Shown: one piece after another, positions 8,865 to 19,631 of the stretch
How positions within the stretch are numbered: the stretch's first letter is position 1
How the letters are laid out: each line of letters opens with the position of its first letter
From: a virus
Strand: one strand, 5' to 3'
Virus record (IMG/VR): IMGVR_UViG_3300045988_105798
Location: 1 to 27,077 of that record
DNA length: 27,077 bases
The notes under the pieces: model-generated
The model's input: the letters and a program-made list of their open reading frames with translations, nothing else
Databases searched by the model: none
What the model was told of the DNA's origin: nothing
Made by a program: the position numbers and the translations under genes

Positions 8865-8909
8865 CAGTACAATAATAAAATAAGTATTAACCTATTAAAT
8901 ATTAAAATT

Positions 8910-9725
8910 ATGAAAACAGTAAATAATTGATTTAGAAATAATCCAGATTGAAAAAGTAAAATATTTATAGAACGCTATTTAAAGACAACTGGATGTAATG
9001 TTATTTGGAATTCTAATCAATATTCTAAATTCGATGGATATATTGATTATAATAATAAAAGAATTCCTCTCGAACTAAAAGTGAGAGATTTATATTCATT
9101 CTCTTATAAAGAAACACTTATTGATTACAAAAAATATATAAATCTAGTAAATGATAAGGGTATATTAATAGTTATATTTAAAGATTGCTTTATAATATTT
9201 AAAGATGTAAAATCTGCTTTTAATAATAGTCATTTTATATACTGTAGATCTACAACATCATTTGATGGATATTATGGTAACTTTCAAAAGTGTTATTTAA
9301 ATATTGCTAAAGGTAAAAAAGTTAATATAGATACAACTTTTTGTTATACTGGAGAAATATGAAAGAAAATTAAAGGCTATGATTATGAAGTTAGTACAAA
9401 CGGTAATATTAGAAATAAGTTTGGCAAATTATTAAAACCGCATTATATAAAAGGTTATTATAATGTATGCTTATATTCTAATAAAGTTAGAAAAGAATTT
9501 ATGGTACATAGATTAGTAGCTGATACATTTATTGGGATAAATTCTGAACTAGAAGTAAATCATATTAACGAAAATAAACTTGATAATAGAATTGAGAATT
9601 TAGATGGATGCTTTATAAGGCAATATCCAGGAGCAGGATATGCTGCAACTACTATTAAAGATGCCTGTCGAGGAAGATTTGGGCATAACAAAGCTGTAGG
9701 ATATATGTGAGCTTATGAACAATAA
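8910..9725 (+). CDS. Fusion of a PD-(D/E)xK-like nuclease domain and a NUMOD4/HNH homing-endonuclease domain (271 aa under code 4)
   Basis: A single frame with TGA at 8928, 8946, 9360 and 9708. The N-terminal part has FDGYIDYNNKRIPLELK (a D...ExK pattern). The junction reads GEI-W(TGA)-KKIKGYDYEVSTNGNIRN. It continues HRLVADTF...EVNHINENKLDNRIENL and ends GYMW(TGA)AYEQ. Confidence 0.65.
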
Positions 9726-10017
9726 TGAAATTTTAGAAAAGTATTATCCATTTATTTTGGAATTAAAGCATAAGTTTGGAGCTAATGATGATTGTACTCA
9801 AATGATATGTATAGACATACTGGAAACACCTCATTCTAAACTCCAAAGTCTTCATAATAAGAATGAATTAAAATATTGAATTACCAGAGTATTTAAAAAC
9901 TACTGGTTTTCTAAAAATAGTAGATATTACTATCAATATAAGAAATATTATGAGATAGTTAAGGAACCTATTGAACAGCAAATTATCGATGAAGAAAACT
10001 ATGCAGAAGAAGATTAA
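9715..10017 (+). CDS. Sigma-70-family region-2-like protein (100 aa)
   Basis: ELKYW(TGA)ITRVFKNYWFSKNSRYYY resembles ECF sigma region 2 (WL..IA.N...d..R). It has an acidic C-terminal linker and ends at TAA 10015-10017. Confidence 0.45.
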
Positions 10018-10246
10018 CATAGATGATATTATGGCGGAATATGATTTAGACTTTAGTATATTTACAGAGATGAATGATAGATTAATTGAAGTATATCCAA
10101 AATGGACATTTCTAAATAAAGCCGATAAAACAGTTATGGTGTTATATGCCGAATATCAAAGTTATAGAGAAGTTGGAAAGATACTTGGAATTAGTCATAC
10201 AACTATACAACGATTTATAAAGCAAATAAGAAATAAATTATGTTAA
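9989..10246 (+). CDS. Sigma-70 region-4-like HTH protein (about 85 aa)
   Basis: LNKADKTVMVLYAEYQSYREVGKILGISHTTIQRFIKQIRNKL fits a region 4.2 / LuxR-type HTH. It is in the +1 frame relative to 9715-10017 and overlaps it by 29 nt. The start is uncertain (ATG 9989, 10001 or 10031). Confidence 0.5.
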   Translation: MKKTMQKKINIDDIMAEYDLDFSIFTEMNDRLIEVYPKWTFLNKADKTVMVLYAEYQSYREVGKILGISHTTIQRFIKQIRNKLC

Positions 10247-10569
10247 ATATATTATTAATTGCAATTATAGCTGTATTTATAGTAGACTTATCTGGAGTTG
10301 TAGATTATGCAAAACGAGCTTTATGAAAAAGACTTTATAAAGGATTGCCTTATAAAGAAGACTGAACAATAAAACCATTTGATTGTTCGTTATGTATAAC
10401 TTGGTGGATAGGTCTACTATATATACTGTTTACTAGGATGTTTACTTGGAAATATATAGCATTTGTAGCTTTAATTAGTTTTTTAACTCCAGTAATAAAA
10501 GATATAATGATCCTAATACAGGATCTATTTAATAAGCTAATAGATTTGATTTATAAAGTCATTAACTAA
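10240..10569 (+). CDS. Small integral membrane protein (109 aa)
   Basis: The ATG overlaps the preceding stop (ATGTTAA). It has two in-frame TGA codons, the motif KPFDCSLCITWWIG, and three hydrophobic segments. Confidence 0.55.
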
Positions 10570-10590
10570 CAATTATATATTTTATAGAAA

Positions 10591-10911
10591 ATGAATCAAT
10601 TAACTAAAGAACAGTACAATTATTTAAGCCAATTTGAAGATAGAATGCGATGCGCTCTTCATTCTAATTACTGCCGAAATATTCAGCGTAATGATTTATT
10701 AACAATTAAAGAGATATATGAGTCTCTTATTGGCACTACTTATAAGATGTCTATGAGTTGCTCTACTTGTATGTTGAATCTAATGAAGAGAATTGCAGTG
10801 CCTTATTTTGAATATCAAAACGAATTAGCAAATGGAACAGTTACCAAAGAAAGTGGGGAGACCGAAAAAGGAAGAAGGACCACAAGAACAAATAGACGCA
10901 AAAAAGACTAG
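10591..10911 (+). CDS. Hypothetical protein with Cys cluster and basic tail (106 aa)
   Basis: Intact ORF. It overlaps the proposed terS start by 80 nt. Confidence 0.45.
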   Translation: MNQLTKEQYNYLSQFEDRMRCALHSNYCRNIQRNDLLTIKEIYESLIGTTYKMSMSCSTCMLNLMKRIAVPYFEYQNELANGTVTKESGETEKGRRTTRTNRRKKD

Positions 10912-11284
10912 ATACTTATATGCTGCAAAGCTATTTAATAAAGGCTGATCCCGAAATAAAGTAAGCGAAGAATTACAAGCTAAATATAATGTTAGTCAAT
11001 CAACAGCTGCTCGATATATTGGTGAAGCCTATAAAATAATTGCAGATAAGAATGACAATCTTATTAAGAATCTACGTCATATACAATTAACAAGATTGGA
11101 GACATTGTTAGATATGGCACTCGCTAAAGGTGATATTAGATCTGCAAACGAGGTTATTAAAACTATAAATTCAATGTTCGGATTAAATACACCTGCAATA
11201 CAAGTTAATATACAAAATAACGAATGCCAGTTTAAATTTGGAGATCCTATTTTAAATTATGAGATGGAAGCAAATAAAACATAG
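10832..11284 (+). CDS. terS: Small terminase subunit candidate (150 aa)
   Basis: Begins MEQLPKKVGRPKKEEG. It has an HTH-like GW(TGA)SRNKVSEELQAKYNVSQSTAARYIGEAY. It is in frame with track ORF 11096-11284 and lies directly upstream of terL. Confidence 0.55.
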
Positions 11285-11351
11285 TAATTATGAAGTTAGT
11301 GATATGGGAGAGTAACACTTTCTTGTGGTTTTATATGAAGGTATAAATAAT

Positions 11352-12596
11352 ATGAAAACATATATAGGTTATAGACCATTATTATATCAGAAGAAGGTTC
11401 ATATAGCTATGGCAGATGCTTATAGATCAGGTAAAGTATATACAATTAAAGCTAAACGACAAGTTGGTAAATCTTTACTTGCCGAAAATGAACTTTTAAG
11501 ATTTACAATAAATTATCCAGGTACAGTTAATTGCATAGTTGAACCTACTTTAGGCCAATCTAGAAGGGTATTTAAGGAAATAGTTAATGCAACAATAGAT
11601 TCTGACATTATAAAGAGAAAGAATGAAACTCTTTTGGAATTAGAGTTTACTAATAATAGTTCAATACTCTTTAGATCTGGAGAACAGATGGATTCTTTAC
11701 GAGGATTCTCAGTAAGTGGATTACTTGTATTAGATGAAGCTGCTTATTTAAAAGATGAAGTATTTGAGATTATAAAGCCTACTACAGACGTATGATCTGC
11801 TCCAATCTTAATAATTAGTACACCTAGATTTAGAGAGGGATTCTTTTATGAATGCTTTATAAAAGGACAGGATCCAAAATATGAAAAGTTTTATAAGTCA
11901 TTCGATTGAGCATTAGAAGATACATCTATGCTGCTTGATAAAGAGAAGCTGGAACTGTATCGATTAACTACTTCCAAAAATAAATTTAAGACTGAATATC
12001 TTGGAGAATTTGCAGACGATGATGGATGTCTATTTAATAACATATCAGAATGTATATTAAGTGAAAAACCTTCATATACAAACCTTTATATAGGAGTAGA
12101 CTGAGCAACTGGAAGCGGTAACGACTATACTTGCGTCACTGCTTTAAATGAAAAAGGCCAAATGGTATTTATTAAATATTTTAACGATAAAACTCCAACG
12201 GAACAGGTTGATATACTGACATCTATACTCTCTGAATATCAAGATGTTATAAAGACAGTACAAGTTGAACAGAATTCAATTGGTAGTGTTTTTTATGATA
12301 TGCTTATTAAGAAGAATCCTAAAATACATATAGTTAAGTTTTTAACTACTAATTCTTCTAAAGCTAATCTTGTTAATAAGCTACAAGCTGCCTTAGAGAA
12401 TGGTAAAATTAGATTATTAAAAGAAGATAAACTTTTAAATGAGTTGAGGTTATATGAAGCTAGTTATAATCCGAGAACTGGAAAAGTAACATATAACGCA
12501 CCATCTGGCTTTAATGACGATACAGTTATTTCATTAATGTTAGCCTATGACTCATTAAATACAAACAAAGGACATTATAATATTAAAGTTAAATAG
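11352..12596 (+). CDS. terL: Large terminase subunit
   Basis: Walker A is KAKRQVGKS and Walker B is LLVLDEAAY. Nuclease motifs are GVDW(TGA)ATGSGNDYT and GFNDDTVISL. The two same-frame standard-code track ORFs (11325-11795 and 12162-12596) and the ATG-less segment between them are joined by TGA at 11793, 11907 and 12102. Confidence 0.85.
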
Positions 12597-12597
12597 T

Positions 12598-13257
12598 ATG
12601 AATGTATCAACTAAATGGGAAGAAGTGTCTTTAAAGAAATTTCAAGCTTTAAATTCATTTATTATGAGTGATGCAAAAATGACAGATTTAGATAGAAGTA
12701 TTGAAATCTATGCATTACTTACAGATAATCCTGATAAAGCTAGAGATACTCTATTAAATATGACAGTAGATCAATTATCTGCAGAACTTAATAAGATTCA
12801 TTTTATTGTAAATAAGTATAAATCTAAAGTTCCAGAAACTGAGTATGAGATTGATGGTAATAAATATACAGTTCAATTAAATCTCAGAAATATGACTGCT
12901 GCTCAGTATATTGATTTTCAGAATTTCTATAAAGATTATGAAAAAAATCAAAAGTATATATTCTTATGCTTTTTAATTCCTAAAGGAAAGAAATATAATG
13001 AGGGTTATGATGTAATGGAACTAGCAGAAGATTTATATGATAAGATTCCAATTACTATTGTTACTGATGTAATGGTTTTTTTTTGCAAATTATTAGAGAG
13101 CTTAACAGTAGCTACCCTAATCTCTTCAATGCGGGAGATGAAGAAATTGATGAAAAAGGAGAAAGATCCAGTAAAGAAATATCAATTACGGAAGAGGATA
13201 GTTCAGGCGAGACAAACTCTGAATTTAGTCAAAAATGGAACTGGCTTTGTTGAATAG
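12598..13257 (+). CDS. Possible tail assembly chaperone (G-like) protein (219 aa)
   Basis: Intact ORF ending at TAG 13255-13257. A long overlapping ORF without a start codon lies in the -1 frame, as in G/GT pairs. Confidence 0.4.
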   Translation: MNVSTKWEEVSLKKFQALNSFIMSDAKMTDLDRSIEIYALLTDNPDKARDTLLNMTVDQLSAELNKIHFIVNKYKSKVPETEYEIDGNKYTVQLNLRNMTAAQYIDFQNFYKDYEKNQKYIFLCFLIPKGKKYNEGYDVMELAEDLYDKIPITIVTDVMVFFCKLLESLTVATLISSMREMKKLMKKEKDPVKKYQLRKRIVQARQTLNLVKNGTGFVE

Positions 13258-13400
13258 ATAGAGTTAGCGAAGTAACAAGGTTAAATTGACATCAAGTATA
13301 TGATATGCAGATTCAAGAGTTTTTGAATATTATTTGCTACTTACTTGATAAAGGGAAAGAAGAAAAAAGACAAATAGATCTTTGAAAAGCTAAACACTAA
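13044..13400 (+). other. Open -1 frame without its own start codon (candidate GT-type frameshift extension)
   Basis: The -1 frame is open from 13044 to TAA 13398-13400 under code 4. It reads ..GERSSKEISITEEDSSGETNSEFSQKWNWLCWIDRVSEVTRLNWHQVYDMQIQEFLNIICYLLDKGKEEKRQIDLWKAKH. A slippery-like G-AAA-AAG lies at 13152-13158. Confidence 0.4.
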
Positions 13401-13479
13401 AATGTCAAGATTTATTTATTTTAACTACTAAAAGTGAGTAAAAACTTGACACTTAAATAGGGAGATTTACTCCCTATTT
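13401..13479 (+). promoter_or_regulatory. Conserved intergenic element, copy 2
   Basis: AATGTCAAG is at 13401-13409 and GTGAGTAAAAACTTGACA at 13434-13451. TGTCAAG and CTTGACA are inverted. A hairpin, AAATAGGGAG/CTCCCTATTT, is at 13455-13479. The element lies 71 nt upstream of ATG 13522. Confidence 0.6.
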
Positions 13480-13521
13480 GTGTTTAGATACTCACTATTA
13501 GAATGATATATTTTATTAAAA

Positions 13522-14001
13522 ATGGCAAATCAAGTTTTGGATTTTCCCAATTTAGAAGCTGTCTTAAAACAATATGGAGAACAATTAATTTCTATATATA
13601 GACAGAAATTACTACAAACTGGTTCAGATGATACAGGAACTCTTGGCAATACACTTAATTATATAGTTGAAGATCAGGATGAAGTATATGAAGTTAGTTT
13701 ACAAATACAAGATTATTGGAAGTATGTTGAGGAAGGAAGAAATGCAGGAAAGTTTCCTCCTATCAGTGATATAAAAAGGTGAATACAAACTAAGCCTGTA
13801 TTACCTCGTCCATATAATGGATTACTTCCAACTATTGATCAATTAGCATATTTAATAGCAAGAAAAATTTCTAAAAGAGGAATTGATGGAAAACATCTGC
13901 TTGAAGAATCATTAACTGAATTAGATGCTTATCTGTTATTAGATGATGCAATTACAAAAGATTTAGAAACACAAGTTGATAATGTATTTAAAAACTTTTA
14001 A
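13522..14001 (+). CDS. Tail-completion / HK97 gp10-like protein (159 aa)
   Basis: YWKYVEEGRNAG resembles the gp10-family (..yvEfGt..) pattern. TGA lies at 13780-13782 and the ORF ends at TAA 13999-14001. Confidence 0.45.
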
Positions 14002-14003
14002 AA

Positions 14004-16184
14004 ATGGCATTTATACCAAGTAAATTAGGAATATATAATGCATCAAGGAGTTTTCCTGTTAAATGGAATAATCCTGGATGGGGAATTACTGGAGAATATG
14101 ATGGTTGGACTTGGGGATATGATTATACTGAAGAAGGGCCTTTAAATGTAACTATACAGGATCCAAGTAAAGAAGGATGTACAATACAATTTTTATCTCC
14201 TACAACAATAACTACTGATTCTTCTACTGTATTTCATTTGTATCCTAGAGGTCTTACTACTGCTTTATTAGTGGACCATTTACCAATTAATTTACATAGT
14301 AAAGCTCCTGGATATTATCCTGCTAATGACAGCATTAAAGTACCAAATACTGGTGGAGAATATACAGTAGAGTATATATTAAATAGATCAGATATTATTA
14401 AATGAGATGCAGCAGTTGTTAATGCTGCAGCTTTAGTTAATATGAAAGTTCTGGATTGAGATTCTTGCTCTATTAAGTTTAAAGTTACAGTAAGAGCTAA
14501 TACTCAATGAAATACTGATTTAACTGCAACTATCCAATTAAAGGCTTACTATGATACTAATAAATCTGTTAGTTCTACTTATAACTTTAAGATTGAAAAG
14601 AATAATATTCCTGAAGATTTAAAATTAGTAGTAACTCCTTCTTCTGGAACTTATGGAGCAGCGGCTTTTGTTACTGAAGAATTTCATTTAAGTACAACTC
14701 AAGCAGAAGAAACTATTACTTCATTTAATGTTACCTGTCCTCAAGCTAGTAATATTAAAAAGGATAGTGTTGATAACTATTTTGTATTAATTGTTCCAGA
14801 GAATAAAACTACTAATAATTTAGAGTTTAGTGCAATGGTTACTGCAACAACTTCTGGAGGTTACACTCTTGAAGCTACAGTTCCAATTAAACAATCTGCA
14901 ACTTCTTTGGTGATTCCTAATACTAATTATGAAGTAAGTTGGACTGCATCTACATTAAATATTATGGGAACAGGCTCAAACAACTTAGATGATGTTGTAT
15001 TTAGTATTCCTGTAGGTTGGATTAGTGGACAGAAGTTATCTGTAAATTCTCAAGGTGTAGCAACTATTAGTTTGAACATTGCGGAAAATTCTGGATTGTC
15101 TTCAAGAAAAGCAACTATTGGAGTATCTGTTATAAAGAATAGTTCAAGTATTATTAATTTATCTATTAATATTACTCAATCAGTTAAATCTGATATATCT
15201 CCAATTTGGAAAGATTATGTTTGGGAAGAGATTATTAGTTCAGATTTTATTGAATATCATCTAGATTATGCGGGAGAGATGGTTTATGCTGGAAAAGCTT
15301 ATAAATATCCAGAAACTGATAGAGTAGAGTTTTTATTAAATAATGTTGCTGAAAATGATCTATCTAATGGAATTATATTTAATACTTCAAATACAATAGT
15401 ATCTCCAGAATATTTAAAACCATTTACATTAATAACTTCATCTGGAAATGAGAAACCAATTACTTTTTTCAATGATTGGAGTTATAAAGATAGAGATTTG
15501 ACTAAAGGTACTATGTTAAGTGATCCTATTACTGGTTTAGTTGATCCAAGACAATATTTAGTAGCAAGTTGAATTTTACCAACTGGAACTGGAGTTGTTA
15601 ATAGATTTTTTTATGTAGATGGAACATCAAATGCTATAGATATTAGTTTAAATTCTGGAATTAATGGATATACATATACAGAAGATTTAAGCAATAAACT
15701 ATGGCCTTGTGGGAGCTATTTAATAGTAGGATTTGTAGAAGACGGAAATATTAGTGATAGACAGATTAGATATGATATAGATACCACAGGTAAAGATTAT
15801 GTGTTATATTATACTAATTCAGCAGGAGGATGGGATTCATTACTTGTTGAGGGTAATGTTAGAAAGACTGATGAAATTAAATCTGAAACATATACTCGCA
15901 AAGTATTAAATACATCTCAAGAATTTGCAAGGAATAAGTATTTAAATACTATAACTTCAAGCTGGATTCTTTATACTGGTTATTTAAATGATATTCAAGC
16001 TTCTAAGATGTTTAATTTAATTGAAAGTACTAAAGTATATTTGCATAATCTTAAAGATAATACTATTACTCCAGTATTAATTACAGATACAAATTGTGAA
16101 TATAAAACTTATACTAATCAAGGTAAGAATAAGTTCTACTATACAATTAATGTAGAAGCTTCTCAAGATACTTATCGTACATAA
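14004..16184 (+). CDS. Large tail/baseplate protein with Ig/BACON-like repeats (726 aa)
   Basis: Track ORFs 14004-14405, 14835-15572 and 15801-16184 share one frame. They are joined through TGA at 14403, 14457, 14508 and 15570. Repeats such as VSWTASTLNIMGTG...ATISLNIAENSGLSSRKATIGVSV are present. Confidence 0.7.
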
Positions 16185-16186
16185 TT

Positions 16187-19100
16187 ATGAGAAAGAATAT
16201 TAAATTATTTATTGCAAATAAAGAGGTTGACTGTAGTGAGGGAATTAGTCTTCCTATAACATATACTGTTGAGGATTTCCAAAACCCCACTATAGTCAAG
16301 AACTCGTTTAGTAAAACGATTTCTATACCTGGCACAAAAAACAATAATAAGATTTTTGGAGAGATTTATAAATTAGATAGATTTCTCCATATAAAAGAAG
16401 GTGATTTCTCTGGAGTATATTTTGATCCTTCAAAAAGAGTTGACTTTGGAATCTATAATAATGGATATTTAGTTGAATCAGGATATATGCAGTTAAATAG
16501 CATCTCTATAAAGCAAGCAGTTATTACTTATAATATTACTTTATATGGAGGATTGGGAGATTTCTTTTATGGACTTAAATATAAAGAAGATGGCACTATT
16601 AGAACTCTAGCTGATTTACAATACTTTGTAACTGATAAAGATGGTAATGTACTTCCTACCGATACTGAAATGAATTTCTACATTAATAAAGATTTTGTAA
16701 ATACTTGTTTTAATTGGAGTAAAGTAAATGACGGAAGTCAAATTTATGATTTTTTAACATTTATTCCTGCATATAACGGTTTATATGAAAACTTTGATAA
16801 TGAAACTTGTTTAATAAATACTAATGGAGATAATTTATTTCCTACTAGTAAGACCGATTCAGGAACTACATACACACCTTATAATGGATATGGATTAGCT
16901 AAATTAAATAGAGCATATACAGAATGGGAGATGAGAGATCTTAGAAGTTATATGCAAAGGCCAGCTTTAAAATTAAGTAAGTTAATAGAAACTATATGTA
17001 GAAAAGAGAATTCTGGATATGATGTTATAATGGATCAAGATTTCTTTAATTATTCAAATCCATATTGAAATAAAGCGTTTGTTGCATTACCTTTATTAGG
17101 ATCTACTGAAGATGAAGAATCAGATAATATTACAGAGAATGCTAAACTTACTAAATATAATGATTTGTTTTGGTGTGGATTAAAACCTGGAGGAACAACT
17201 ACTTCAGTAAACTGAGGAAGATTTAGTGTTACAGGGAGTGATGTAATAGTTCCTGGTGAAGGACAAGTAATTGATTTATCTGCAACTCCAGCTAATACTC
17301 TTGTTAATATTAATGTTGATTTTCAGTTATTCTATAATGCAAATGTTTCTGCAGGTAATGATTTATACCTATCCTATGTGTTAAATGGAAAATCTGGAAA
17401 TGCAGAATATACGAATCATCCTTATAGAACTTCTGTAACTGCACAAATATTACTATATGATGCTGATGATACATCTTCTCCTTCTAGACCTATAGCATAT
17501 TCTCCATTATATAATTTCACTAATTCTATTCAAGGTCAAAATCCAGCAGGACCTAATTCTTGGTTTAATTATTATCCTTTAACTGATGCACCTGTTGAAA
17601 CTATTCTTGGGCATTTTGTAAAAGATAGTGGAAATAGGTATTATTTCAAAAGTGATAATAATACTAATACTTTCAGATTTACTGTAAAAGATATGCCTAA
17701 AGTTAATAAGATTTTAGTAAATATACAAATTGCAAGAAGAACTGAAAATTTATATAACCAAGATGCTGTATGGCAGTTAAATAATATGCATCCAAATGAT
17801 GTTACTGCTAATAGAGTTGCTGGATGGTCAGAATTTTTATATGATGAAGATCAATATACGCTAAAAGCTTCTTGGCCTTCAGCAGTTACTTCTGATGCTT
17901 TAATTACTAAGCAGAAATTATTAAAGACAGAACAATCTCCTGCTGATTACTTATTAAGTTATGCAAAACTATTTGGATTGTATTTTACAAAAGATATTGA
18001 TAGTAAAACAATTAGAATATATACTAGAAATAACTTTTTTAAGAATGTAATTTCAGATTGGAGTAAAAGAATTGATTATTCTAAAGACTTTAATGTAAAT
18101 CCAATATTATTTGATAAAAAGTGATATACTATGTCATTAGAAACTCCAGAAACGTATTATGCTAAGAAGTATGATAGACAGTATGATATAGACTATGGTC
18201 AGCAAAGATTAAATACTGGATACAATTTTAATAGTGATAATACTGATTTATATTCTGGAAATATATTTCAAAATGTGGTATCTGCTAGAGATGCAGACAA
18301 GTATTTTAGAAATTTCTTTAATTCTGGAAATACTTATGTACCTGCATTTATGAATGATAATATTACATATAGTTTATTTAATAGAACTTCTACAGAAGTA
18401 AAAACTAGTGATCAGGATTTATATGGAGCTAATTTTATAGATCAAGGAAAGACTACAGAATGGTGAGATGTTCCTGGAAATGATATATTTGCAAAAACTT
18501 GTTTTTACACATTAGACAATAATGAACAGAGTCTTGAGGAAATAAAGAGTGCTTTATTGTTTTATAATGATACAGTTAGTATGAATGATATAGCTGGTAA
18601 TCCAATTAATTATTGAATTACAGATGATGTTACTGAAATGTCGGTTCTTAATGATGGTGAACCTTGTTACATTTATACTACTAGTGAAAATAATTCTGCA
18701 GGATCAAAAATTGCAATTAAAAGAACTACATTACCACAATTTATAAGATATACTATTTCAAGTAACTTCATATCTTCATCTTGAGATTTTGGAGTTCCAA
18801 GAGAAATATATATTGATAAAGTTAGTTATTTGGAACAATCTACTTTATATAGTAGATTCTGGAGTAAATTTTATAATGATCAATTTGATGTAAATACTAA
18901 AAAAGTCACCTGCTTTGTAAGATTAGATGATTTAGATGTTAAATATGATTTACTTAGACAATTCTATTATTTTGAAGATTCATACTGGGTACTTAATAAG
19001 ATAGATGCTTATGATATTAATTCAGATTCTACTGTTAGATGTGAATTTATTAAAGTTCAAGATATTAATAGTTATTTAGCTGGACTTCAAAATTCAGGTG

Positions 19101-19630
19101 AGTATATATCATTTGACGATTCAGATCCAATAGTAGATTATCAAGCTGGAACTAAAAAGATTACAGTTACTTCTAATATTCCTTGGGAATTAGGATGATA
19201 TAGTCCAAATGAAATTGTAAGCATTACACCTGAATCTGGACAACCTGGAGAAACAGAATTGACAGTTACATATAATGAGAATACTACATATAATCAAAGG
19301 AGTTTCTATTTTAGTCTTTATAAACAAGGAGGCGTAGATGGTTCTCAATGTATGTTTACTCAAACTCCAGACCCAAATAAAGCTGTTCTTATTACAGGAA
19401 AGCTTCAAACTTCTACTGGAGGTATTCCTTCTGGTGTTAATCAGATTCTAACTGAAAATGATAATTTCTTAAATGACACTTATATGAGAGATGATGGAAG
19501 TTATAGAATATATGCTCAAAATGGAGTTCAATTTTTATTTAGAGTATCTGACGGACCAACAGGAACAGTTAAATATACAGAGAATTTAACACTAACAGAA
19601 GATACTGTTAAAAACGTAACTATAAACTAA
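16187..19630 (+). CDS. Very large tail tip/baseplate protein (1,147 aa)
   Basis: Five track ORFs (16187, 17378, 18131, 18830, 19259) share one frame. They are joined through TGA at 17066, 17213, 18122, 18464, 18614, 18782 and 19196. The C-terminal Ig/BACON-like module reads SITPESGQPGETELTVTYNENTTYNQRSFYF. Confidence 0.7.
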
Positions 19631-19631
19631 T

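Noticed and set aside
10545-10552. TAGATTTG as an internal promoter for gene 10591
   Set aside because: There is no TTTG -33 element at 19-21 nt spacing, and it lies within coding sequence. It is within chance for AT-rich DNA.
13300-13377. Alternative small ORF MICRFKSFWILFATYLIKGKKKKDK
   Set aside because: It is less protein-like than the overlapping -1 frame, which continues the long open frame from 13044.
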